A stretch of DNA of 64,000 nt from a virus: positions 32,001 to 96,000 of IMG/VR virus record IMGVR_UViG_3300005337_000001. One strand, 5' to 3'. A program made the position numbers and the translations under genes. Position 1 is the stretch's first letter. Each line of letters starts with the position of its first letter. The notes beneath the pieces were generated by a model. The model was not told where the DNA came from, searched no databases, and saw nothing but the letters and a program-made list of their open reading frames with translations. Positions 1 to 9,334 of this stretch are shown here, piece by piece.

Positions 1-88
1 TCATGTAACTGAACAGCGCGAGGCACAGTCCCAGGATGATGCAGAAGATTCCCCAGAACTGCGAGCTCAGGTGGTCGTAGTTCTTCAT
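1..88 (-). CDS. partial small membrane protein (MKNYDHLSSQFWGIFCIILGLCLALFSYM...), runs off window
   Basis: ATGA overlap with stop of 85..537; hydrophobic helix. Confidence 0.6.
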   Translation of the reverse strand, partial: MKNYDHLSSQFWGIFCIILGLCLALFSYM

Positions 89-537
89 CGTCTTCCTTCC
101 CTTTGGTTGAGCGCAAGCTGCAGCACCGCGCTCAGCACCTTCAGCTCTGCAATAGTGGCGTCGCCGGCTTCTTTGTAGTCCTCGGCCAGGTCTTTCAGCT
201 TGGGCAGCACATCCTTTCGGAAGAACTCGAGGCGCGTCCACTCGTACGTGGTAAGCACATCGGCTTGCTTGCCCTCTGGGAGCAAGCACTTACGCGTCCT
301 CTTGCTGAAGACGTATTCATACCCGGCTGCGATGATGAAGAGGTCGTCTTCGTTGTGAACCTCTTTCACGAAGCCATCACGCACGTCCTCTTCAGACCCG
401 CGCTTGAACACGACGACGCAAGTATCGCCGAGACTCAGCGTAAAGCGCTTGTTCGCGACTTCGAGCGCAACCCGCCTGGCCTTCTCCTTCAACAGCTCTT
501 TACGTGGCTGCATAGATTCTGGAAGCCTCTTCGTCAC
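85..537 (-). CDS. hypothetical protein
   Basis: 150 aa ORF tiled with neighbours by 4-nt overlaps. Confidence 0.7.
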   Translation of the reverse strand: MTKRLPESMQPRKELLKEKARRVALEVANKRFTLSLGDTCVVVFKRGSEEDVRDGFVKEVHNEDDLFIIAAGYEYVFSKRTRKCLLPEGKQADVLTTYEWTRLEFFRKDVLPKLKDLAEDYKEAGDATIAELKVLSAVLQLALNQREGRR

Positions 538-1139
538 TGCTGCGCCGTTCCCAGCACCACGCCGACCAAAGCGTTGAGCTTGGTGTGGGCCTCACGCAAG
601 CGGCCACGACGCCTGACGCTCGGTATCTCTTGGTACCTGCCAGCGTCCTTCAGCGCCTCCTCGGCGTCGGAGCGTGCTTCCAAGTACTCCTGCGCCGCCA
701 ACGCTAGCTTCATGTGCTGTGTAACCCACGTATCGCTTATAGGCCCAAGTTCTTCAGCCGGGTTGGCTGCGTGCCGTGCCTTGATGCGCTTGATGCAAGC
801 TTCGAGGTCGTCGAGCTCGCGATAGAACGCAGTGCGGTTTGACTCGCCGCCCTTTACGATGTGGTTCGGGTCATCGTAGACGTTCTCGAGGCCGAAGCGG
901 AGGATCTTGCCGAAGTGCTTCAACACCTCGCCGGCCTCCTCGCAGATCTGACCCATCTCACCGAGCAAGTACTTGGGCTCGTAACCTGGTTTCATCACCG
1001 AATTCCTTTCAAATATTGGATGCAGCAACAGCGACCCGCACGATGGGCATACTCCAATAGCGGGCGCTGTTCCCTGCCATCCGCAGCCATCGACGATACC
1101 GCCATCGCCAAGCTTTCGTTTCTTGCATCTAACGATCAT
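534..1139 (-). CDS. MazG-like NTP pyrophosphohydrolase domain with N-terminal Cys-rich Zn finger
   Basis: EEAGEV..GK..RFG...NR..ELDDL motif; N-terminal C..C..CPSC; ATG 1139 overlaps upstream stop; internal SD and ATG at 995. Confidence 0.6.
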   Translation of the reverse strand: MIVRCKKRKLGDGGIVDGCGWQGTAPAIGVCPSCGSLLLHPIFERNSVMKPGYEPKYLLGEMGQICEEAGEVLKHFGKILRFGLENVYDDPNHIVKGGESNRTAFYRELDDLEACIKRIKARHAANPAEELGPISDTWVTQHMKLALAAQEYLEARSDAEEALKDAGRYQEIPSVRRRGRLREAHTKLNALVGVVLGTAQQ

Positions 1140-1291
1140 GCGCTGAGCTCCAACATCTCCGCATTGCGGTCGCGGGTGTACTCGAACTTGTAGATGCGGT
1201 AGTAGTGCAGCCAGATTGCGCCGCCGTACCCGCGCTCGTATTTGAGGCGCTCGAACCAACAGAACGAGCGCCAGCAGAGTTCGAAGTTCAC
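1136..1291 (-). CDS. small hypothetical protein
   Basis: GTGA overlap with upstream stop; aromatic-rich 51 aa. Confidence 0.5.
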   Translation of the reverse strand: MNFELCWRSFCWFERLKYERGYGGAIWLHYYRIYKFEYTRDRNAEMLELSA

Positions 1292-1838
1292 GATAGGTCT
1301 TCCACGCAGCACATGCGGCTCACGCGCAGCAGGCTCGCCATCGGCGTCTGCTCGAACTCGATGTTGAGCCCGCGGTTGAGCCACCACTCGTGCAATTTGG
1401 CCGGCGCGTCCGCTGTGTAGTCGCCGTTGGGAAGGCGCAGCTGATCGGTCTCGAACATCCGAGCCGCATGCAAGTGCTTCAGCAGCCGCTGCATGGACGG
1501 CCCTGGCTCGGCGGGCAGCTCAATCTCACCGTACAGTCTTAGTGAGTCTCCCCAGTTGATTCGAAAGATGGGTTGTCCTGGTCCAGCTCCATGTACGTCC
1601 GAACCCCATCCATCCACCACACGTACCACGTGCTTCCTTCGACCTTTGTTTTGTCCACGATGCTTTCCCATGACTCACCGTCCCAGAGCTGGCTGATAGC
1701 AGCCATGCTCACTTTGTCCTGGCTCTCGATCGTTTCGTTGATCCACGTGCTCAGCGAGAAGCTGTAGAACTCCTCGTCCGCACTTTCAAGACAGATGATA
1801 CTACCGTGCGGAAACTGCTCGCGCCTAGGTATGGTCAT
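1288..1838 (-). pseudogene. hypothetical protein split by a 1-nt frameshift near 1575 (possibly an assembly error)
   Basis: ORFs 1539..1838 and 1288..1671 join into one natural reading (...ELDQDNP-IFRINWGD...) if one C is added to a C run. Confidence 0.5.
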
Positions 1839-2149
1839 CGAAGATCCTTAGGCCCTACGTGCTCGTAGTAGCCCGGGCGTTTGTACTCGGGCAAGTACTT
1901 GAGCTTGAGCGCCAAGTTCACCCAGAAGGCGTTACCGCCCACCAGGATCACGCCACCTGCGAACGAGTACCACTGCCCGAGGCTCGGGTAGTAAGCCAGG
2001 TTCCAGAAACCCCACACCGTCATGAAAGCGATGAGCGGCCACCACACGCCCTTTAGCTCGAGGTCCTTACGCAGCTGAAAGTAGTTGCGCCACGTGAAGT
2101 ACGCGCCGCCGAGCTCGAAGAGCCCGTTGACGATGTCGTTCCACTTCAT
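1835..2149 (-). CDS. PQ-loop/SemiSWEET-like three-TM membrane protein
   Basis: DIVNGLFELGG...GVWWPLIAFMTVWGFWNLAYYPSLGQWYSF pattern; three hydrophobic helices. Confidence 0.55.
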   Translation of the reverse strand: MKWNDIVNGLFELGGAYFTWRNYFQLRKDLELKGVWWPLIAFMTVWGFWNLAYYPSLGQWYSFAGGVILVGGNAFWVNLALKLKYLPEYKRPGYYEHVGPKDLR

Positions 2150-2367
2150 GAGGTGCCCTTTCTGTAGAGAAGTAGGTGGAAGCAGAGCCACACTGCAGCG
2201 ATTGCTGTGAGGTAGCCCTGCCAAAAGACGCATTCGATGTTGTAGGTGTCGTAGCTGAAAGCGAACAGCCTGAGCTCGATGTCGAATGCGAAGTAGGTGA
2301 GAAAGAAGCTCGAGGCCAACCGCAGCATGAAGCGCTGGAAAGAGTCAGCCCATTCCTTCAGCTTCAC
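2146..2367 (-). CDS. small membrane protein
   Basis: hydrophobic segments; overlaps with neighbours. Confidence 0.55.
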   Translation of the reverse strand: MKLKEWADSFQRFMLRLASSFFLTYFAFDIELRLFAFSYDTYNIECVFWQGYLTAIAAVWLCFHLLLYRKGTS

Positions 2368-2834
2368 GGCTTCGGCTCGTCGCCAGCTGTGTCCTGCTCA
2401 GGGTTGTCGTCGTACTTCACCCAGGCGATAGATTCTGGCTTGACGCAGACGATCTTGTCGATGAAGAGCAACGGGTAATTGCCGTCTTCCCGACAGCGCG
2501 CGAAGAGCCGGTTGCGCTTCTGCTGCCGCAGCATCACAAGACGCTCTGCAGCTTCGTTACGCTCTGTTTCTCGCGCGAGAACCTCTGCGATTTTGTGCGC
2601 ATCGCGATCCTTTACATTCTGCCCCATGCGGAAGAGAGCAGTGGCTACAAACAGAGCCACGCAGAAGAAGGCCAGCAGCCAGGCCCACGGCGGTATCTTC
2701 CGGTCGGGCTTCCACAGCTTCGATGGTGGCAGTGGAGCACGCCCTGGCTTGAGCCCTGGCGGCTGCACCTGGTTCGCGTTCCCGCGCGTAGGCACAGACT
2801 GCGTCCTTCCGTGCTCGTCGACTTCGAATTTCAC
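2364..2834 (-). CDS. single-pass membrane protein
   Basis: TM WAWLLAFFCVALFVATALF followed by coiled coil. Confidence 0.7.
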   Translation of the reverse strand: MKFEVDEHGRTQSVPTRGNANQVQPPGLKPGRAPLPPSKLWKPDRKIPPWAWLLAFFCVALFVATALFRMGQNVKDRDAHKIAEVLARETERNEAAERLVMLRQQKRNRLFARCREDGNYPLLFIDKIVCVKPESIAWVKYDDNPEQDTAGDEPKP

Positions 2835-3139
2835 GACGGCGCCTTCGACAGGTCGGGGCCAGGTTCGTGTTTCAGTACACGTTCTGCAGCCTGCTCCAAG
2901 GACTGCGCAAGCCTATTGTCCGAGTCTGACAACAAACCAAGCTCGGCCGTGGCTTGGGCAGAAAGAGCACAGCGCTGCACGTCTGGGTCGAGCCGCTCGC
3001 GCAGGTCCATGGCCACGAGGAGTGCGAGTAGATCGACGGGACGCACCAACACCCCTGACTCGGCGGTGCCGTTCGCAATCTGGCGCTCGACATGCTCGCG
3101 CAGCTGTTCAGTCGTTATTCCGCTAGGTAGCTTCATCAA
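2831..3139 (-). CDS. hypothetical protein
   Basis: tiled ORF. Confidence 0.65.
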   Translation of the reverse strand: MMKLPSGITTEQLREHVERQIANGTAESGVLVRPVDLLALLVAMDLRERLDPDVQRCALSAQATAELGLLSDSDNRLAQSLEQAAERVLKHEPGPDLSKAPS

Positions 3140-3753
3140 ATCCTCACTGTCTTGTAGCTGTGAAAGAACGTGCGTAGCACAGCGTCTGCCCGCGCTTGCA
3201 AGCTACGAAGAGCTTCCTCCTCGGTAGCCTCCGAAACTTCGATCAACTTTGGCTCACCGCCGCGCAGGTCAGCCAGCACGGTGAACGCTGTGTAAAGACC
3301 GGTCTGCATGTCCTTGCCCACGATGGCCTGGAACTCGGCGGGCGCGTCCTCGGGTTGTTTCTTCTTGGGAGCCTCTCCCGGCATGGGTGGCACCTCGATG
3401 ATGCTGTAGTGCGTGACCTCGTGCTCGCTAAAGCGCTTGCTGAAGTTCTTGCCCTCGCCAGGCTCGAGAGGCCACCAATTACCAAGAGGCTTGCCTTCTG
3501 TACTTGGTGCCATTGGGTGCCACTCACGGATGTAGCGCTTCTTGTCGTGGATCACCCAAGCAACAGTACCGTGCGGCAGGCCAACGCCGTTACCTATGAC
3601 GAACTTCCCAAGCGCTTCTACTGCACCAAGCATGGCGTCGAGCTCGTCTGCGCAGCGGTAGTAAGCCTGCCGTACACGTTGGTGATTGACCAGGGTCGGT
3701 GAGTCGCCGGCGCTGCGCCAATCCTTGGTGAGCTTCTTCAGAAAATTGGTCAT
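3136..3753 (-). CDS. hypothetical protein
   Basis: 205 aa tiled ORF. Confidence 0.7.
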   Translation of the reverse strand: MTNFLKKLTKDWRSAGDSPTLVNHQRVRQAYYRCADELDAMLGAVEALGKFVIGNGVGLPHGTVAWVIHDKKRYIREWHPMAPSTEGKPLGNWWPLEPGEGKNFSKRFSEHEVTHYSIIEVPPMPGEAPKKKQPEDAPAEFQAIVGKDMQTGLYTAFTVLADLRGGEPKLIEVSEATEEEALRSLQARADAVLRTFFHSYKTVRI

Positions 3754-4046
3754 GGGTAGAGCCTCACCGAAGTGTCGTTGGGGTTGTAGTTGTCAGCTTG
3801 GAACTTCAACCAGATGCGGCTACGCAGCGTCTCGTCACGCTGACCCCATGGCAGCTTGAAACCACAGAACTCAGCTGGTTCGCGTGTGAGATTGAAGCTA
3901 CGTGCAGCTTTGTCCAACATCTTGCCGCTGGTGCGGTCGAGTGCTACGCCTACTATCCCTGGACGCATGCCTCGGCGGTTGAAGTAGACCAGCATCTCCT
4001 GCCGGTTCATACAACTAGTGACTGGTTCAAGTTCGGATGTGGACAT
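3750..4046 (-). CDS. hypothetical protein with LD..A..F.L.R...D.TLR.RI motif
   Basis: motif resembles a segment of baseplate wedge proteins; SD upstream of ATG 4046. Confidence 0.6.
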   Translation of the reverse strand: MSTSELEPVTSCMNRQEMLVYFNRRGMRPGIVGVALDRTSGKMLDKAARSFNLTREPAEFCGFKLPWGQRDETLRSRIWLKFQADNYNPNDTSVRLYP

Positions 4047-4318
4047 GGTGGCCTTTCGAAATGTCCGGGTCGGCAAATGAAGCAGCCGATGTCGTACGCG
4101 CCGTCGCAGGCGCAGCCGTTTTGTTCCACGAAGCAGGCGTCGCACCTGCCGCACTTCCCTCTATTGCTACGACTGGTACATGGACATGGTGACGTATGCA
4201 GGACGTCGAGCTCGCCTTTGTGCCAAACGTAGCCAGGTAGGTCTTCTACGCTGACGCTGGGCGTCAGAGCGCCGCCGCACAGCGCGCAGTTCTTAGTCAA
4301 GTCGAGCGCGTTCGCCAT
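4007..4318 (-). CDS. Cys-rich putative Zn-binding protein
   Basis: multiple CxxC pairs. Confidence 0.55.
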   Translation of the reverse strand: MANALDLTKNCALCGGALTPSVSVEDLPGYVWHKGELDVLHTSPCPCTSRSNRGKCGRCDACFVEQNGCACDGAYDIGCFICRPGHFERPPCPHPNLNQSLVV

Positions 4319-4547
4319 TGTCCAATTTCTCCACAGCCTCGAGCGTCTTCTTGGCTAGGTTTTGAAGCAGCCGCAAGGTGAACGGTGAGATGCCCGGTTG
4401 CGTGAGCGTTTCGTTCACCAACGTGCGCAGCACAACCTCGCAGGCAGCGCGTGTTCTACTGTGGTGCATGATCGGGTCACCGCGATGCTCGTAGGCCACA
4501 GCGAGATGCTCGTTGATCTCGGCCTTGGCCTTCTCGATGTGGCTCAT
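4293..4547 (-). CDS. hypothetical protein
   Basis: ATG 4547 overlaps upstream stop. Confidence 0.6.
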   Translation of the reverse strand: MSHIEKAKAEINEHLAVAYEHRGDPIMHHSRTRAACEVVLRTLVNETLTQPGISPFTLRLLQNLAKKTLEAVEKLDNGERARLD

Positions 4548-5266
4548 CGGTGCTCCGGCGGCGCACACTCCCAACAGCCAACACCGCCGCATTTGCAGCT
4601 AGCTTGCTTGAACGAGATACTCTCTTCGTGAATACCGTGCGTGTACGTGCGATCGACTTTAGGTGCTGGCCCAGCATCGTTGGGGTACTCCTTCTCGAGC
4701 TGCAGCATTGCCTTGGCTGCAGCTTCGACAGCGGCGTCGAGCTCCTTGCCATCTTGTGCAGCCAGCCAACCCGACATGGCTGAGCTGAGAGGATTGCCGT
4801 CACCCTCAGTGAAACGGCGAAGCTTCTGCACAGCGACCATGATGCCGCGCGTACCCTCGAGCGCCTTCACGGCGATGCTCAAGTGCCGACCGTATGTGAT
4901 GGTCTCCAACGCGGCGGAGTTCGCACGACGTGTCGCCTCAGCCAGTTGTCTCTCCAGAGATTGGACGTACGTGTCCCTCGCCCAGTCCATGGAGACCTTG
5001 GGGATGGCCACCGTCTCACGCCGGCCGCTGGGGCCTGACTGCCAGGTCACTTCGATCGACTCGCCACCATGGCGGCGCTGCCAATCGCGGATGAGTGGGA
5101 TGATCGAGCTCGGGCGCGCATCCTCAAAAAGCTGGTTGTGCTCCAGCAAGTCCATCGCCAGTGCGCCTGGCCCCCACGTGATGATCTCTTCGTAGCCGTT
5201 GGCTAAGGCCGCCGTGTCGAGTGCTTCGTCGATCTGTGCCTGCGTGAATTCGGGTTGGTTGCTCAT
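4544..5266 (-). CDS. hypothetical protein (coiled coil, C-terminal CxC..CxxC)
   Basis: 240 aa; SD GGAG; directly downstream of promoter motif. Confidence 0.75.
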   Translation of the reverse strand: MSNQPEFTQAQIDEALDTAALANGYEEIITWGPGALAMDLLEHNQLFEDARPSSIIPLIRDWQRRHGGESIEVTWQSGPSGRRETVAIPKVSMDWARDTYVQSLERQLAEATRRANSAALETITYGRHLSIAVKALEGTRGIMVAVQKLRRFTEGDGNPLSSAMSGWLAAQDGKELDAAVEAAAKAMLQLEKEYPNDAGPAPKVDRTYTHGIHEESISFKQASCKCGGVGCWECAPPEHR

Positions 5267-5275
5267 GGGAAGTCT

Positions 5276-5313
5276 CCTTCCCAGCTCTTATGCCCTAAAA
5301 AAAAGAGGTTTTG
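5276..5313 (-). promoter_or_regulatory. phage promoter motif CAAA-N18-ATAAGA-N5-GAAGG
   Basis: exact match to a motif found 7 times upstream of genes. Confidence 0.65.
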
Positions 5314-5324
5314 GAGGCGCAGCG

Positions 5325-6527
5325 TCAGGCGTACTTGCCGTGAATCACGATGCGGCCGGGTGAGCCCTTGCCGCCCTGAGCGCCAGCTGCACCAGGCAGC
5401 GCAGCGCCGACTGAACAGCCGCCGCCTCCGCCGCCTCCACCGCCTCCGCCGCCCTGACCATTGACGCCCGCGGCGCCGGGGCTGCCAGGCGTGAGGCCTG
5501 CGTTGGTGTCAGCCGCACCGCCGTGACCTGGCTGACCGCCTACACCGTCAGTCGCGGCCGTGGCGACGCCCTCGAGCTTGAGCATGTCGGCGATACCACC
5601 ATTACCGCCATCGCCGCCGGCTCCGCCACCACCACGGTTCGAGCCGTTGCCAGAGCCGCCGTTATTGCCCGTCGCACCATTGATTGAACCGGTCACGCCG
5701 TAGCGGTTGTAGATCAGGGAGCCCTTGTTTGCGGTGTTGCCGCCGCTCGTTCCGGTCGGGCCTCCGCCGGCGCCGCTCGCGCCTGGCGCGCCTGCCGCAC
5801 CGCTTGCCACGCTGCCTGTGCCGTTGGTTCCCGTACCGATCGCAGGCGACGCGCCGCCAGCACCAACTAGCCCAGTGAGACCAGCAGGGCCACCGCCACC
5901 GATGCCAGTGTTGGTTGAGGTAACGCCGCCGGGCCAAGCGTCGACAATCAGCCCGCTCACGCTGCCGACGATCGAAGTAGTGCCACCGAGCGAGCCAGGG
6001 CTGCCAGGCGCGCCGGCAGCACCGCCATTGCCTCCCGAGCCGCCGTCACCGATCGTAATCGTCAGCGTTTCGCCGGGTACGATTGAAATGGTGTTGGTGT
6101 AGTAAGAGATTTGCGGCCCGCCGCCGCCTCCACCTCGACCGCCGCTTCCGCCTCCACCTGCGGTAGCTGCATTGAAGCCTGGTCCACCGCCTCCACCTCC
6201 GCCGCCTCCCGAGCTCGCAGGGCGTACTTCAAGTGTGATGTAGGGCGACGCAGTGAGCGGCCATACGACAGTGTAGACGCCCGGTGTGTTGTAGACCTGT
6301 TGGATGGGCGTAGCCGAAGCGATGAGCGCCAGCAGTGCGAGCATGTCGTCGCTGAACAAGAACTTTTTGAAGTTCGCAAGGCTGCCCGAACCAAGCGCAA
6401 TCGGAAGATAGATCGTGCTGTCTACCCGGAAGCGGCGGCCTTGGTCGATGTCGTCTTGCGTAACCGTGTACAGAAGCAGTTCATCGATAGAAATGAACGA
6501 CGCAGTGAGCGCAAAGTATTCCTTCAT
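5325..6527 (-). CDS. glycine-rich tail fibre/virion surface protein
   Basis: GGGGGGG..GG.GG repeats and C-terminal GG.GSPGRIVI typical of phage tail glycine-rich domains. Confidence 0.7.
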   Translation of the reverse strand: MKEYFALTASFISIDELLLYTVTQDDIDQGRRFRVDSTIYLPIALGSGSLANFKKFLFSDDMLALLALIASATPIQQVYNTPGVYTVVWPLTASPYITLEVRPASSGGGGGGGGGPGFNAATAGGGGSGGRGGGGGGPQISYYTNTISIVPGETLTITIGDGGSGGNGGAAGAPGSPGSLGGTTSIVGSVSGLIVDAWPGGVTSTNTGIGGGGPAGLTGLVGAGGASPAIGTGTNGTGSVASGAAGAPGASGAGGGPTGTSGGNTANKGSLIYNRYGVTGSINGATGNNGGSGNGSNRGGGGAGGDGGNGGIADMLKLEGVATAATDGVGGQPGHGGAADTNAGLTPGSPGAAGVNGQGGGGGGGGGGGGCSVGAALPGAAGAQGGKGSPGRIVIHGKYA

Positions 6528-6566
6528 CGCGCAGCCTTCACAGTCATTGCGCAGGAAGTATAGCTT

Positions 6567-6914
6567 CTACTCGGGAGTAACCACAGGCTCGATCACGTCG
6601 GGGTTCTCGATGAGCATGTCGACAGCGCCGCTGCCGAACGGAGCCAGATACACGACGCGTGCGTAGCCATCTTCTGGTGGCTTCAAACAAGTACGGAAGA
6701 GCTCACCTTCCGTAACGCCGGCTACCTCCAAGTGCGCACGAATCGACGGCGAGTCGAAGGCGGTGTTGCCGTCTCCAGTCACGATCACAGCAGCTGGTGG
6801 CTTCATCCCACGCACCAACGTGTTCACGTCGTCGAGATTCTGCTGGAGGAAAGCGACGAGCTCCGGCGATACGGCGCCGTCGCTGTTGTTCTTGTAAGTG
6901 GCTGCGAGTTTCAT
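6567..6914 (-). CDS. hypothetical protein
   Basis: ATG 6914 overlaps upstream stop. Confidence 0.65.
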   Translation of the reverse strand: MKLAATYKNNSDGAVSPELVAFLQQNLDDVNTLVRGMKPPAAVIVTGDGNTAFDSPSIRAHLEVAGVTEGELFRTCLKPPEDGYARVVYLAPFGSGAVDMLIENPDVIEPVVTPE

Positions 6915-7402
6915 GGATCCTGCTCTCCTGTGGCTGGAGGCTCGATTGTACCGCAGACGGAGCCAGGCTGGCCAGGCTCGTTCGAGCCGGTGCATGCGAG
7001 CTCGTGGTCGCTGGCTTTTGGGCAGCGCTTGTTGCCGCAGGTAGGACACACCACGTAGATGGCGACGTTCTTGCCGGCCAAGCACTTCCAACAGATGCAC
7101 TCGCCGGGCTTGGGCGTGTACAGGTTCATCGCCGCGTTCAGCTCGTCGAGCTTACGTCGCTCCTCCAGCATGTCCTCATGCTCGAGCACAGCTGTGCCCA
7201 GCGCATGCGCGTCGAAGTAGTACGTGCGTGAGGTCTTGTCGACGTTGCGCATGGTGACCACGACCCCAGCACCGCTGAGGGTAGGCTCTACCACTATTTG
7301 TCTGCCGTCAGGAAGGTCAGCCGTAGCGCCGGCCATCCTGAAGTAGAGCTTGTGGTCGGAACGCTCGACGGTGATCTTAAGCTCAATCTTCTCGTCTTGC
7401 AC
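6911..7402 (-). CDS. hypothetical protein with C-terminal Cys cluster
   Basis: CICWKC..VVCPTCGNKRCPKASDHELAC motif. Confidence 0.7.
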   Translation of the reverse strand: MQDEKIELKITVERSDHKLYFRMAGATADLPDGRQIVVEPTLSGAGVVVTMRNVDKTSRTYYFDAHALGTAVLEHEDMLEERRKLDELNAAMNLYTPKPGECICWKCLAGKNVAIYVVCPTCGNKRCPKASDHELACTGSNEPGQPGSVCGTIEPPATGEQDP

Positions 7403-7898
7403 GAAGCACAGCTCCTTTCACAGGCAAGCCCCGCAGCTGTTCGCGCTGCTCTTTCGTGGGCACGCTGAAGCCTAGCAGCTTGCCCGACTCATCGTCGTAG
7501 CTGGCAACAACATAGCCCACACCGTCTTCTCCGACGCCGATGAGTCCGTTGATCACACCAAGCATGCCGATGATGTACGCTGGCGAGGCTGTCCACGGAA
7601 CCTCTTCGGTCTGCACCGTCGGATGCTCGGACAGCTCACAGTTGGCCGGCACGCGATAGTTCACGAGCGCGGAGATCGCTGTCTCATGGAGCTTGTGGAG
7701 CTCGTTCAAGTAGTCGACAGTCTCTTGAGCCAGCTGCAGCTTGGCCGCTTCGCTGCGCGCCAGGATGGTCTTGGCTGGCTGCGGCTCTTTGAGCTGCCTG
7801 GCTCGGTCAAGCATCGACGCCATGGTTGCGCACATGCACGGCGCCGAAGAACAAGCTTCACACAGGCCGTGGTTTCGGCCTCCATCTTCTCGACTCAT
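7383..7898 (-). CDS. hypothetical protein
   Basis: SD AAGGA; N-terminal CxxC..C.C. Confidence 0.65.
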   Translation of the reverse strand: MSREDGGRNHGLCEACSSAPCMCATMASMLDRARQLKEPQPAKTILARSEAAKLQLAQETVDYLNELHKLHETAISALVNYRVPANCELSEHPTVQTEEVPWTASPAYIIGMLGVINGLIGVGEDGVGYVVASYDDESGKLLGFSVPTKEQREQLRGLPVKGAVLRARRED

Positions 7899-8284
7899 GG
7901 TACTTTCCTTAGGTAGCGCTGCATCAGCCAATGCCATTGGTAGTAGGGACCGGTGAGCGGCGGATCGAGACGAGCCTGCCATTCGTCTTCGTTGTCTTCC
8001 ACAGTTTGTACTTCAGCCAGGCTGTGCTCGGTGCCGGTGTTCTTGAAGATGTAGCGGTCGCCCACCTTCGGCAGCTCTGGCACGTACCGCTCAGTGGCTT
8101 TCGCTATGCATTCAGGCAGGCGCTTGTACGCATGAACGCCTTCGCTGTCTGACCACTCGCGCTTCTCGTGAAAGATGCCGCAGTTCTCTTCGGGGTAATC
8201 ACCGGTGTTACCAGCGCAGCGGTGATGGCACAGCACCGGCGTGAGCACGGTGACGACCTCGAGCCGCAAGAACTTGAGCTTCAC
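7895..8284 (-). CDS. hypothetical protein
   Basis: tiled ORF. Confidence 0.6.
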   Translation of the reverse strand: MKLKFLRLEVVTVLTPVLCHHRCAGNTGDYPEENCGIFHEKREWSDSEGVHAYKRLPECIAKATERYVPELPKVGDRYIFKNTGTEHSLAEVQTVEDNEDEWQARLDPPLTGPYYQWHWLMQRYLRKVP

Positions 8285-8526
8285 AGCTCGATCTCCAAGT
8301 CCTCGATAGTCTTCGCTGTCTCTCGCTCGAAGTATCTGCGCACGTAGTCGCGCAGCGAGTCCAACGCCGCTTCTTTGCTAGCGCAGTGATTGCTGTAGAT
8401 CCTAGCCCCACCAGCTGGCGCCCAACTGGCACTGAAGCGGTTCGCAGGGTCTACCTTCCGGTACGGCGGACCCTTTGCGTTCCACTTGTCAACGTCGAGC
8501 TCGACGACCGTTACCATGATTTTCAT
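8281..8526 (-). CDS. hypothetical protein
   Basis: tiled ORF with SD. Confidence 0.6.
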   Translation of the reverse strand: MKIMVTVVELDVDKWNAKGPPYRKVDPANRFSASWAPAGGARIYSNHCASKEAALDSLRDYVRRYFERETAKTIEDLEIEL

Positions 8527-8538
8527 GTAGTAGCCTCT

Positions 8539-8799
8539 CTAGCGTGGAGCGCCAGCCATGCGCAGCTGGAACGCAAGCAGCTCTGGGAGCTCATCGGTCT
8601 GCCTCAAGTTAGTGGCACCACACTGCGGGCAGTCACCATGGATCCTGCCGTCTGGTGGACGAAGAATTCCAAGCCGCCAGCGCCCGATGAAGCCGCAGTT
8701 CCCGCACTTGGCCAGCACGCACTCGCTATTCATTTCGGCGGTGAAGCGCTCAGCCAACACAGAGGCAGGGTGAACGTCGAAGCGCAGATGACCTACCAT
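8539..8799 (-). CDS. Zn-ribbon protein
   Basis: CGNC...CPQC. Confidence 0.6.
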   Translation of the reverse strand: MVGHLRFDVHPASVLAERFTAEMNSECVLAKCGNCGFIGRWRLGILRPPDGRIHGDCPQCGATNLRQTDELPELLAFQLRMAGAPR

Positions 8800-8810
8800 A
8801 ACTAATCCTT

Positions 8811-9065
8811 TCAGATAGCGACCGGTTTGTAGCGCCCCTCGTCACCGACGTGGATGGGACAAGGTACTGGGTGTGGGCCAACGCACTGCGTGCAGAATAG
8901 ACGGCAAGGCACGACGCCGGTCTCATCCAAGAAGGTGGCGCGCGCTTCGTAGCGCTTTAGCTGTTCGTACTCCGTGCGGCTGAGGGTGACAGCCACTTCT
9001 TCGCAGCGAGGGCACAAGCAATCCTTGCCGTGACCTGTCAGCGGATGTCGATAATGCTCGGTCAT
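8811..9065 (-). CDS. Cys/His-rich hypothetical protein
   Basis: tiled ORF. Confidence 0.6.
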   Translation of the reverse strand: MTEHYRHPLTGHGKDCLCPRCEEVAVTLSRTEYEQLKRYEARATFLDETGVVPCRLFCTQCVGPHPVPCPIHVGDEGRYKPVAI

Positions 9066-9268
9066 TCTTTCTTCACGTGGACGGTGGGGTATTTGACTGC
9101 GCGTGCGCTCATGACGACAGGATGAACCACCCGCACCACACGGTACAGCGTGGGCTTGTGCCTATCCGTCGCTTGAATGGTGAGCAAATCGTCAGGGCGA
9201 GGCAGCGCCTCAGCGTCGAGAGCAACGTCACCCAGATTGAGGCCTTCGATGTTGAGCAGGAACTTCAT
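9062..9268 (-). CDS. hypothetical protein
   Basis: SD GGAG before ATG 9268. Confidence 0.6.
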   Translation of the reverse strand: MKFLLNIEGLNLGDVALDAEALPRPDDLLTIQATDRHKPTLYRVVRVVHPVVMSARAVKYPTVHVKKE

Positions 9269-9285
9269 AGGCTCTCCAAAAGCAG

Positions 9286-9316
9286 AGGACCTGGGTGCAA
9301 AGGCCGCCCAGGTCCT
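9286..9316. terminator. intergenic hairpin, possible terminator or processing site
   Basis: perfect 10-bp inverted repeat AGGACCTGGG/CCCAGGTCCT; short T run 4 nt downstream on the minus strand. Confidence 0.5.
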
Positions 9317-9334
9317 ACGTTCACACACGCGTCT

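Noticed and set aside
5297-5304. A8/T8 run as the terminator of the fibre gene
   Set aside because: No GC stem precedes the U run on the minus strand; it lies within the promoter spacer
5400-6210. GGC/GCC-rich repeats as a DNA repeat element
   Set aside because: Fully explained by poly-Gly coding in the fibre protein
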